Source: a virus
Virus record (IMG/VR): IMGVR_UViG_3300050132_000112
Span: 9,356-73,355 of that record
Length of the DNA stretch: 64,000 bases
Reading direction: 5' to 3' (one strand)
This document shows positions 28,922 through 37,862 of this stretch, piece after piece (position 1 is the stretch's first letter; the number at the start of each line of letters is the position of its first letter). The notes below the pieces were generated by a model, which had not been told where the DNA came from, ran no database searches, and saw only the letters and a list, made by a program, of their open reading frames with translations. The translations under genes were made by a program, and so were the position numbers.

Positions 28922-29734
28922 ATGAATTTACTCTCAAAAGAAAAAAAATACCACTTTACTTATCAGACCAAAAACCTGATTAATGGAAAAACCTATATAG
29001 GTGTTCATAGCACTAATAATGTGTATGATTCTTATTTGGGAAGCGGTGATAAACTTTTTTATAGTATTAAAAAATATGGCAGACATAATTTTAAAAGAGA
29101 AATATTAGATTTTTTTGATACAAAAGAAGAAGCTTTAGCCGAAGAAGAATTTTTAGTTACAAAGGAGTATGTTGCCCTTAGAGATAATTACAATATTAAT
29201 TTAGGTGGATTTATGCCACCAAGTTTTTTAGGAAAGAAATTAAGCCCGGAACATCGACAAAAACTAATTACAAGTAAGATAGGGTATGTGACATCGGAAG
29301 AAACTCGTAGGAGAATAGGGGAGGCCTCTAAAGGGCGACCATGCTCTCAAGAAACAAGAAAAAAAATATCATCTATTACGAAAGGAAAGATAAATTTAGG
29401 ACCCAAATCGCCAGAACACTTAGCCAAACTTCGTGAATCTTGGAAACACAAACCACCTGTATCTGCCGAAACAAGAGCAAAGCAAAGTTTAAGGCAAAAA
29501 GGCAAAAAAATGCCGGAGGGGAATGGGTATAAAATTTGGGAGAAAAGGCGTTTAAGCATTAAGCCGATGTGGATAGTTGTTTATTCTCATGTTGGGAATG
29601 TAAAAATTGGCATGTTCCCGACTATAAAGGAAGCCTCTATTTCGGTTGGAACATCAATCGCAGCAATTACAAAGTTGCTAAATGGCACCACAAAAAAGCA
29701 TAATAAGTTTAGAATAATAAAAGGATTAGCATGA
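28922..29734 (+). CDS. GIY-YIG homing endonuclease with NUMOD3 repeats (SegB-like)
   Basis: FTYQTKNLINGKTYIGVH, YLGSG, repeated SEETRRKI units. Confidence 0.9.
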   Translation: MNLLSKEKKYHFTYQTKNLINGKTYIGVHSTNNVYDSYLGSGDKLFYSIKKYGRHNFKREILDFFDTKEEALAEEEFLVTKEYVALRDNYNINLGGFMPPSFLGKKLSPEHRQKLITSKIGYVTSEETRRRIGEASKGRPCSQETRKKISSITKGKINLGPKSPEHLAKLRESWKHKPPVSAETRAKQSLRQKGKKMPEGNGYKIWEKRRLSIKPMWIVVYSHVGNVKIGMFPTIKEASISVGTSIAAITKLLNGTTKKHNKFRIIKGLA

Positions 29735-32700
29735 GCCAGTTAGATAGTTTGAAGCAATTTATTGGCGGAGGGATGGATAATGAATCTGCTTATCCTGATA
29801 TATTAAAGCAGGATTGGATAACCCAGTTCAATGGTCGTGTGACGGGGACTTCAGAAAGCGAAAGCGGTTACGTAACCAACATAGAAAGCAACGTACTTGT
29901 CCCAAACACACTAAGCACCGGTATCAACCAATGTATAGGGGCAGAGGGATTTGAACTGTTGAGGGGTGCGATAGGCTTTATCTACAACTCCGCAGGCTTT
30001 CACCAAATAGCATGGTTAAACTACGATACCAACACTATCACCACTTTATTTACCGACAAAACCAATTCAGGGGGCATATCTATCCTACCACTTAACCCAC
30101 AGTTTTACGTTTGTGACATTAAGCTAATTGACAACGACTTCATATTTTTTACGGATAACAATTGTGAGCCGGGATTTTTCAACCTGACTAAACTAATGGC
30201 AGGCGGTTATGGAACGTTGCTACCCGAAGACTTAAAGTTGGTTAAGCCACAAATATTACCGCCGCCAACATCTGTTTATAATAACGATGCGGGACGACCA
30301 TCAAACTTATTAAGAGAGAAAATATTTCAGATCATAGCCCAAGCAGAGGGATTTGACTATACTTTTAGTGCATGGTCAACACACTCCAAAAGAACCGTAC
30401 CCACAAGCGAAAGTACACCAACCGTAGGAACAGACGTAACGGTAAACAATAACCTAATTGTAAGTACCGATATAGGCAACTCAAGGGTAATGACCATTAA
30501 TATTGGTGCACGTTATGATAACCTTGATTTTGTCATGGTTAAAGTGGTTGACAGGGCTTATGTATTGGCACTACCAAATACGGCAGTTAATGTCGCTAAT
30601 GAGGTTTATGAGGCTTACGACCCAACAACTAACCTATATTCCTTTGCTTTTTATAATGACGGTGTATATCCCGCTATTGACGTTTTAGAAACTGATTTGG
30701 CGTATGATAAAGTTCCATTGTTGGCAGAAACATGCGAGAATATCAACTCCAACGAGATAGCCTTAGCAGGCATCACAGAGGGCTATACAAGACCAGTAAC
30801 GCCTGTTGTGGTAAAAGCAGTAGGTTATGACCCTAACGTTACGGTAACGCCACCAACGTCTTATATACCATTATCTATCAAGTTTATCTTTCCCGGTGAA
30901 AGTGGTAGTGGTGCAGGTGACCATAAACGCATCATGCAGGTGCTTTATACAGGCGTACCAAAAACGGGCGATATACTCACCATTACACTTGCTGATATCA
31001 GGAACGCTACGGCAACCAACGTTTATTCTTATACCGTTCCATCGTCGCAGAACAACAACTTGGCGGCTGTTATAAATTCATTCGCACAAACCATACCTAA
31101 CGCCTCCCAATTTTCAGATGATGCCTATGCTACCACTAATGGCATATCATTCATTGGGTCGCCTTATTACGGGTTACAATCGGCAACCATAACGTTATTT
31201 AATGCAGGAGTTACAATAAGTAAGTCGGTGCATGGATTTTTAGATAATTCATCCTATCAAGCGGCACTATCATTCAGGGATGCTTACGGACGTTTCTTTC
31301 CTTTAGACACCGATAACACTTTTGTCTTTAATACACCGTCTTTTGCGCAGTTATTAGGGCAGTCCCCTGCAATGTCATGGACAATACAAAATGCCGTTGC
31401 CCCTGTTGGTGCGGTAGATTACCAATGGCTAATATCCAAAAACACAAGTGCCACTAAGGTACTTGATATTATGGCGGGGTTGATAAATTATGTTGGCGGT
31501 TGGAACGCACATACGAATATACCTGCATTAGGACCGTCAAGCGCACCCGCAGGAACAGCCTATCAAATTACCGTACCTAACCTATCTACCGATACTGGCT
31601 ATAATTTAGGTAATGGTTTTGTCAATTATAAAACAGGGGATTATGTGATTTCAGATGGTAATGTGTGGAATGTATTGCCGGGAGAGTTTGGCGACTTAAC
31701 ATCCACAGGTTCTTATTTAGCCTTTAGTTTAGCCCCGTTAGCGGCATTCAACAAAAAGAACGCCTCCAACGTAACGGAAAACTCTATCCTGTTCTATGAT
31801 TTTACCGTTGGCGACAGGTGTACCCTACATTATTACATTGATGGAAGCGGCAATAAAGTTTATATTAATAATCCATGTGTTGATTTGGATGTGGTTGCTT
31901 ATGACCCTTCCACTAATTTAGTTAAGGTGCGCAAGTCTGCATCCTTAGACCCCGCAACCATAGCGGGTAAGGATGTGTTTTTAAGACTATATACGCCCGA
32001 ATTAAAATTAGATGTAGAAAGTACTACCACGGCTAATGAAATTGTCTATTACGAGATTGGAGAGCGTTTTACCATTACTAATGGGCTAATGAATACCTTA
32101 TCAGGAACAATAACCGATGGGGATGTTTATTTCAAAAGCCGTGAAATGGTGGGCTATGTTGACCCGAACACGCTTTATGAACTAAAGGCAACAGATTTTA
32201 ATTTCAGCGATTTCTACATATCTAATTATACGTCTTATGGCAGACCACGTACCTATGATGATGAATTAGAGAGAACATTAAGGGCGGCATCTATACGGTA
32301 TTCTGAAAACTACATTTTAGGTTCTAAAAACAACGGATTAACACGGTTCTTCCCTGAAAATATTTATGGTGACGGACCGGGGGAAAGTTCATCTTCTTAC
32401 GGCACAATTCTAAAGATACAGCAGCGTAACGAAAGCCTGATTTGTATTCAAAAGTTAAAGGTTGGCTATATTCCTGTTTACAGGTCAATATTGGAAGATA
32501 CCGCAGAACAGAAAAACTATGCTATTTCTGAAAAGATATTCAACAAAATCGAATACAATAATAACCTGAATAAAGGTATTGGTATAGCCAAAGAAAGTTA
32601 CACCTACTACAACGGCACAGCTTATTGGATAGACAGCTATCATTGCCAGCCTATACGGGACGGACTTGATGGAATGAGGGTGATAAGTGGTAAAATGAAT

Positions 32701-34380
32701 AAGTACTTCAAAGACACGCTTAAAACCGCTTTCGCCAACAATAACAAGGTAACAAGCTACTATGATGTGTATAACGAAGAATGGGTAGTTACTATTCAAC
32801 TACCACAAAACGTTGTTCAATCCTTCGCCTTTAACACAGATAACTGGCAGTATTTAGAAAGCTATACCATATTACCTACCGATATTACTTTGGTAAATAA
32901 CCCATCACACGGTACAGTTGCTTTTAATGCTACGACAGGCGTTGCCACCTATACCCCAACAACCGGCTATACAGGTGCAGATAACTTTACATTCGTGTTC
33001 AATCAAGGCGGTAACTCTGTTACTAAAAAGGTTTGTATCAATGTAGCCGCAGGGGTAACAACGGTCAACCTATTCACGTTTGCAGCACAAACAGGTGTAC
33101 CGTTAAGTACGGTAATAAACTCCAATACCATATCCATACAGGGCAATACCATAGCCGTACCAATCAGCATTACAGGCGGTCAATATGCTATTAATGGGGG
33201 TTCATTCACTTCATTAGCAGGTATAGTTAACCCTAACGACATCGTACAGGTAAGGCAAACAAGTTCGGCAAGTACCAATACAGAAACCGACACTACCCTA
33301 TCTGTTGGGACACCACCACAGACAGGCGTTTTTGCTGTCACTACAGGAACAACAGCAGTTAATCCATTTTCATTTACACCTAAGGTAAATCAGCCATTAA
33401 GCACTTTAATAACTTCCAATATAATAACAGTAACGGGCAATACTATCCCAGCAGCGATCAGCATCACTGGTGGACAATATAGCATCAACGGAGGCTCATT
33501 TACTAATGTAGCTGGTACTGTTAATGCGGGAGATACAGTACAGGTGGAAGTATTATCATCAGCAACAATAAACACGCTAACATCAACCACTTTGACCATT
33601 GATACGCAAACTGGAACGTTTGATGTTACCACCTTAGAATTTGGTAACGTAGCAATAGATGATAACTATAGGAAGAATGATTGTATCTCTGGCGAAACTG
33701 GTACTTTTGTTCACGTTAGTATTGCCGCTAATACTTATTTTGATAGCACGCAGGCAGGTGCTGATGCGCAGGCACAAACGGCGGCTCAGGCAGAGGCTAA
33801 TTCAGAAGGAACTTGTTTACTTGATACAACCATATCTACTGTATTAGTAGATTACATAACAGATACAACCGCTGATTTATGTTGCTTTGTGGAAACTACT
33901 GGACTATCAGAAAGCGGACAAATAGTAACGGGTACGATAGAAAGTCCAAGTGGCCCACTATTATTGCCTAATGATGGCACAGACCCATCAAATTGTTTCT
34001 TATTATCTTCTGATAAATTAACAGGGGCAGTAGGATGGAGGTTTGGTATCAATACTGCTTATTTTGCCGCTAAATACGGTGGAACAGCATTATTAAGTGT
34101 AACTATCAGGATACAAGGCAGAGATGTATCATCGGGTGCGGTAACATTAAGGGTTGGGCCACGTCCAATAACCGAGGGTTACCTAATATTGGGCGGCAGT
34201 CTGGGGGCAATGGAGCCGGGAGTATCTTCTGGAACGTCTGTACCTACGAATTATACAAGCCATATAGGTTCTGGTGCTGACGGTACAGTCGGTACAGGCG
34301 TAGGTGCACCTGTACTTGATTTAATATATACTTTTGCAGTAGGGATAACACCTGATTCATTAGCAGTAACAACGTATTAA
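29731..34380 (+). CDS. Tail stabilization/muzzle protein (P22 gp10-like) with C-terminal Ig-like and DUF5977-like domains
   Basis: crAss-like gp10 motifs (YQAAL..RDAYGR, IRYSE, YGTI.K), then PSHGTV..TYTP..GYTG.D.F Ig repeat and FGN...RKNDC..G. Confidence 0.75.
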   Translation: MSQLDSLKQFIGGGMDNESAYPDILKQDWITQFNGRVTGTSESESGYVTNIESNVLVPNTLSTGINQCIGAEGFELLRGAIGFIYNSAGFHQIAWLNYDTNTITTLFTDKTNSGGISILPLNPQFYVCDIKLIDNDFIFFTDNNCEPGFFNLTKLMAGGYGTLLPEDLKLVKPQILPPPTSVYNNDAGRPSNLLREKIFQIIAQAEGFDYTFSAWSTHSKRTVPTSESTPTVGTDVTVNNNLIVSTDIGNSRVMTINIGARYDNLDFVMVKVVDRAYVLALPNTAVNVANEVYEAYDPTTNLYSFAFYNDGVYPAIDVLETDLAYDKVPLLAETCENINSNEIALAGITEGYTRPVTPVVVKAVGYDPNVTVTPPTSYIPLSIKFIFPGESGSGAGDHKRIMQVLYTGVPKTGDILTITLADIRNATATNVYSYTVPSSQNNNLAAVINSFAQTIPNASQFSDDAYATTNGISFIGSPYYGLQSATITLFNAGVTISKSVHGFLDNSSYQAALSFRDAYGRFFPLDTDNTFVFNTPSFAQLLGQSPAMSWTIQNAVAPVGAVDYQWLISKNTSATKVLDIMAGLINYVGGWNAHTNIPALGPSSAPAGTAYQITVPNLSTDTGYNLGNGFVNYKTGDYVISDGNVWNVLPGEFGDLTSTGSYLAFSLAPLAAFNKKNASNVTENSILFYDFTVGDRCTLHYYIDGSGNKVYINNPCVDLDVVAYDPSTNLVKVRKSASLDPATIAGKDVFLRLYTPELKLDVESTTTANEIVYYEIGERFTITNGLMNTLSGTITDGDVYFKSREMVGYVDPNTLYELKATDFNFSDFYISNYTSYGRPRTYDDELERTLRAASIRYSENYILGSKNNGLTRFFPENIYGDGPGESSSSYGTILKIQQRNESLICIQKLKVGYIPVYRSILEDTAEQKNYAISEKIFNKIEYNNNLNKGIGIAKESYTYYNGTAYWIDSYHCQPIRDGLDGMRVISGKMNKYFKDTLKTAFANNNKVTSYYDVYNEEWVVTIQLPQNVVQSFAFNTDNWQYLESYTILPTDITLVNNPSHGTVAFNATTGVATYTPTTGYTGADNFTFVFNQGGNSVTKKVCINVAAGVTTVNLFTFAAQTGVPLSTVINSNTISIQGNTIAVPISITGGQYAINGGSFTSLAGIVNPNDIVQVRQTSSASTNTETDTTLSVGTPPQTGVFAVTTGTTAVNPFSFTPKVNQPLSTLITSNIITVTGNTIPAAISITGGQYSINGGSFTNVAGTVNAGDTVQVEVLSSATINTLTSTTLTIDTQTGTFDVTTLEFGNVAIDDNYRKNDCISGETGTFVHVSIAANTYFDSTQAGADAQAQTAAQAEANSEGTCLLDTTISTVLVDYITDTTADLCCFVETTGLSESGQIVTGTIESPSGPLLLPNDGTDPSNCFLLSSDKLTGAVGWRFGINTAYFAAKYGGTALLSVTIRIQGRDVSSGAVTLRVGPRPITEGYLILGGSLGAMEPGVSSGTSVPTNYTSHIGSGADGTVGTGVGAPVLDLIYTFAVGITPDSLAVTTY

Positions 34381-34382
34381 TT

Positions 34383-35300
34383 ATGGTACAAGCACTCGAA
34401 AATACTCCCGTATCTATCGATTTAACTATTTCTGCTCAAGATACAGGGTGGCAAATCGATGGGGTTGTAGCGACACATTCACAATGTAACAGCGGCAATC
34501 TTATAAACAAAAACTACCTTATTGTGCCGGGATTAAGTTATACGTTTACCTACCAAATAATCAGCATATCGGCTGGTCAATTATTACCCTCATTGGGTGG
34601 AGTAAACGGCGTATCACGAACAACAACAGGTTTTTTCAGCGATACCATAGTAGCTACGACAAATGCACCGTTAAAGTTCTTTTCGGACGCTACGATGAGT
34701 ATGCAGACATTTGCTATTCAGCCAACACCTTTGGCACAAACATCGTACATAACAAATACCATAGCCTATGCCGAACTATTAAACAAGTGGACATCGTATT
34801 ACACCTTTGTTCCCGATAAGGGCTTTAGCATGTTTACAGACACGTTCACCTTTAATCAGGGTGCAATGTATAAACATGCCCACGGAAGTAACAGCCGAGG
34901 TAATTTCTATGGAGTTCAGTTTGGTTGGCGGTTAAAGTTTGTAGAGAACGAAAATACTACCATTGCTAAGACTTACGAAAGTTTGGCATATCAGGCAAAT
35001 ACACTGTTGGTAACAACTCCATCAGGCATTTCCACATCATTAGGTCAAATATCAGAATTGATGGATGTAGACTTTTTACAATATACTTTGCAAGACGGTG
35101 CGGTAAGTGTAAATGTTTATACTAAGGACGGACTTTATTCAGCCACGATACTACGGGATAGCAATGACGATATTAATACAGGCGACTATTTAAAAGGCAA
35201 CTATATGTTAGTGGAGTTAACCAATTTTGACCCGACAGCAGCAGTTGAACTATTTACCATTGATATAAAATCTGCTAAATCATTCAATAATATACGTTAA
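34383..35300 (+). CDS. C-terminal part of tail stabilization protein as a separate gene (N-terminal CBM-like domain)
   Basis: TIAY.E..NKWTSYYTFVP, NFYGVQ and LKGNY motifs normally end gp10-like proteins. Confidence 0.65.
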   Translation: MVQALENTPVSIDLTISAQDTGWQIDGVVATHSQCNSGNLINKNYLIVPGLSYTFTYQIISISAGQLLPSLGGVNGVSRTTTGFFSDTIVATTNAPLKFFSDATMSMQTFAIQPTPLAQTSYITNTIAYAELLNKWTSYYTFVPDKGFSMFTDTFTFNQGAMYKHAHGSNSRGNFYGVQFGWRLKFVENENTTIAKTYESLAYQANTLLVTTPSGISTSLGQISELMDVDFLQYTLQDGAVSVNVYTKDGLYSATILRDSNDDINTGDYLKGNYMLVELTNFDPTAAVELFTIDIKSAKSFNNIR

Positions 35301-35325
35301 TAAAAAATCCCTACATTTATACCCA

Positions 35326-35790
35326 ATGGAACAGGTAGCAGAAACACAGGCAAACATAGCTAAACTCAATGCCCAAATTGATGAGATAGAGGCAGAAATG
35401 GCTAAATACCCGCAAGTGGTATGCCCGTTAAAACACACGTTTACCAAAGGCATGTATGCCCGTGAAATATTCATGCCTGCCGGTAGTTGGATAATCAGTG
35501 AAACCCACCTTACACAGCATCAATACGTCATTTCTAAAGGTTCTGTAAGCGTTTGGATAGACGAGGTTGAGTATTTACTTCAAGCACCATATAGCGGCAT
35601 TACAGAGGCTAATACAAGGCGTATGCTGTTTGTTATAGAAGATTGTGTATGGACTTGCTTTCATCCTACCAATGTTATGCCTGAAAATGATAGCCCCGAA
35701 GCAGTTGCCAAGGCTGTTAAGAAAATAGGAAATAAAATTCTAAAACATAGGTTTGGAATAGACAAAAAGAAAATGGAGGTACTCGTATAA
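35326..35790 (+). CDS. Cupin-like phage protein
   Basis: HTFTKGMYAREIFMPAG...H...H...ISKG...ED.VW. Confidence 0.7.
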   Translation: MEQVAETQANIAKLNAQIDEIEAEMAKYPQVVCPLKHTFTKGMYAREIFMPAGSWIISETHLTQHQYVISKGSVSVWIDEVEYLLQAPYSGITEANTRRMLFVIEDCVWTCFHPTNVMPENDSPEAVAKAVKKIGNKILKHRFGIDKKKMEVLV

Positions 35791-36467
35791 TGGCATGGGT
35801 CGGAATAGGCATAGCAGGCGTATCAGCAGGGGCTAAGATAATCAGTGGTATTAGCCAAAAACATCAGGCTAATCAAATTAACGCAAGTAACATACGTCCT
35901 GTTCAGTCGGTTGACCCTGCTTACCAACAAAACGTTAATCAGGCAGAGCAAATGGCGCAAACAGGTATGCCGTCACAACAGTACAACAATTCCTTAAACA
36001 GCATTAACCGCAATCAAACAGGCGGTTTATTGGCATTAAGCAGAAGTCCTAACCCATCAGCGGGAATAGCAAGTACCATACGTGCGGGTAACGACGCTAC
36101 TAATAGCCTCGATGCTACAAGTGCGGGTATGCGAAACCAAAACATATTAAACCTAATGCGCCAAAGGTCAATATTGGCTCAACAGAAACAAAATGCTTTT
36201 GACTATAACAACAAGGATAAGTACTCTGAAAACTTAGCTAAGTCACAGGCACTATTAGGTGCAGGCAATCAGAACATCAACAACGGTCTTAATGACGTTG
36301 GTTCGGTAGCGGGCACAATGTTAAAAGGCAATATGTTCAATAGTGGTAATGGTATGGGAGCGTATAATGCAGTAGCACCACAAGCCGCCGCCTATAACCA
36401 AGGACAGTTAGATAACGGGAATTATAACTTCAATCAATACCTAAATTCTACAAGACGCAATGGATAG
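35790..36467 (+). CDS. Ejection/internal virion protein 1
   Basis: Hydrophobic Gly-rich N-terminus, Q/N-rich body. Confidence 0.7.
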   Translation: MAWVGIGIAGVSAGAKIISGISQKHQANQINASNIRPVQSVDPAYQQNVNQAEQMAQTGMPSQQYNNSLNSINRNQTGGLLALSRSPNPSAGIASTIRAGNDATNSLDATSAGMRNQNILNLMRQRSILAQQKQNAFDYNNKDKYSENLAKSQALLGAGNQNINNGLNDVGSVAGTMLKGNMFNSGNGMGAYNAVAPQAAAYNQGQLDNGNYNFNQYLNSTRRNG

Positions 36468-37860
36468 CAACGCAGCCCTTTACGGTGTCGGGCGTGGAAA
36501 CGCATATGTTATTCAAGGCAATCCCGGTATTGGACTTTTGCAGGACATGCAGAAGAAAACCGCATTGGCACAAGCACAGGCACAAAAACAAGCCGATCTT
36601 GAAAATGCGCAAAATGCAGCGTCCTTACAGAAATTAGATTACAGTAAAACAAGAGAAGCCGACCAACCGCAGTTTATAAGCGACTATGGCGACATACAAG
36701 GCACTTTTAATAAGCTAAGGACAACTACCGACCCTACACAAAGAATAATCCTCAATAACCAACTACAAACCCAACAGAAAGACTTTTTACACAAAGCCGC
36801 TTTATCACAAATGGCGTTGGAGAACCATAAAAACCTACGTCAGTTTGCGCTTAATCACTCTAATGATATACGGGATGGATATACAGGTGATTTAGATAAC
36901 GCTGATAAGGTAAGCACCTTTTCTAATGACTATCAACCCGCTTTGGATAAGTTAAACACCAATCCATTAATTACGCCGTTTGACCAAGCCGCTTATGAGA
37001 AGAAAGTATTGCCTACGGCATTGACACCTGTAAGCGATTATGGCACGTTAAAAACAACTAAATTGGCTAATGGTGCTACAATGACCCAACAGGAAAATGG
37101 TAGTGATGTTGATTTGAATAAGCTAAAAACCCAACTACATAACGACTATCAGTTAAACAATAAAAGCGGCATAAAACAATATATCAATGGTAAGGTGCAA
37201 GCTAACGGTAGCGATGCCAATGCCGAGATAGATAAATATGCACAGGACATCTATAACCGCAGCCAACCTAATTACGGTAGTGAGTTAATAGCCCCTAAAG
37301 GACATATTGTTGAACCACAGAAACCTGATAAGTTCTACGAGCACGCTATGTGGCGTTTAGACCATCCAACAGCATCACAACAAGCCGCCAATGCACCTAC
37401 TTACTTTGACGACCTATCCGAAAGGATGAGAACGGGAGTGCCGGGGTCTGGTGAAGAATTTTCACAGAACTTAGCCCAAAACCCCGACTATAAAAAAGGC
37501 TTGAAGATAGATGATACTAATCCAAAGGCAGTTAGGATTACTGTTCCTGCTAAATACAAGTTTGACCCTAAACAAGTGGAAACAGACGATAACGGAAAAC
37601 CTATACCCAATAGCGGTAGGGTAGTAGTTAAACCTGCTTACACAGCAGTATTGGATAAGACAGACCCTAATCAATGGACGGCAGGATTTTCAAGGATATA
37701 CAAAGACGTAACGGGCGACCAAAACGCTAATCCAACTAAAGCCATGACTATTTATGGTAAGGGTAAAGTACCGGGAGGTTTGTCTAAATTTACCGCACCA
37801 ACAGCAGGCGCAAATCCCGTTAACAAACATAAAAAAGCCGCATCTGATTACGGATTATAG
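36460..37860 (+). CDS. Ejection/internal virion protein 2
   Basis: Synteny, helical Q/D-rich sequence. Confidence 0.65.
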   Translation: MDSNAALYGVGRGNAYVIQGNPGIGLLQDMQKKTALAQAQAQKQADLENAQNAASLQKLDYSKTREADQPQFISDYGDIQGTFNKLRTTTDPTQRIILNNQLQTQQKDFLHKAALSQMALENHKNLRQFALNHSNDIRDGYTGDLDNADKVSTFSNDYQPALDKLNTNPLITPFDQAAYEKKVLPTALTPVSDYGTLKTTKLANGATMTQQENGSDVDLNKLKTQLHNDYQLNNKSGIKQYINGKVQANGSDANAEIDKYAQDIYNRSQPNYGSELIAPKGHIVEPQKPDKFYEHAMWRLDHPTASQQAANAPTYFDDLSERMRTGVPGSGEEFSQNLAQNPDYKKGLKIDDTNPKAVRITVPAKYKFDPKQVETDDNGKPIPNSGRVVVKPAYTAVLDKTDPNQWTAGFSRIYKDVTGDQNANPTKAMTIYGKGKVPGGLSKFTAPTAGANPVNKHKKAASDYGL

Positions 37861-37862
37861 CC

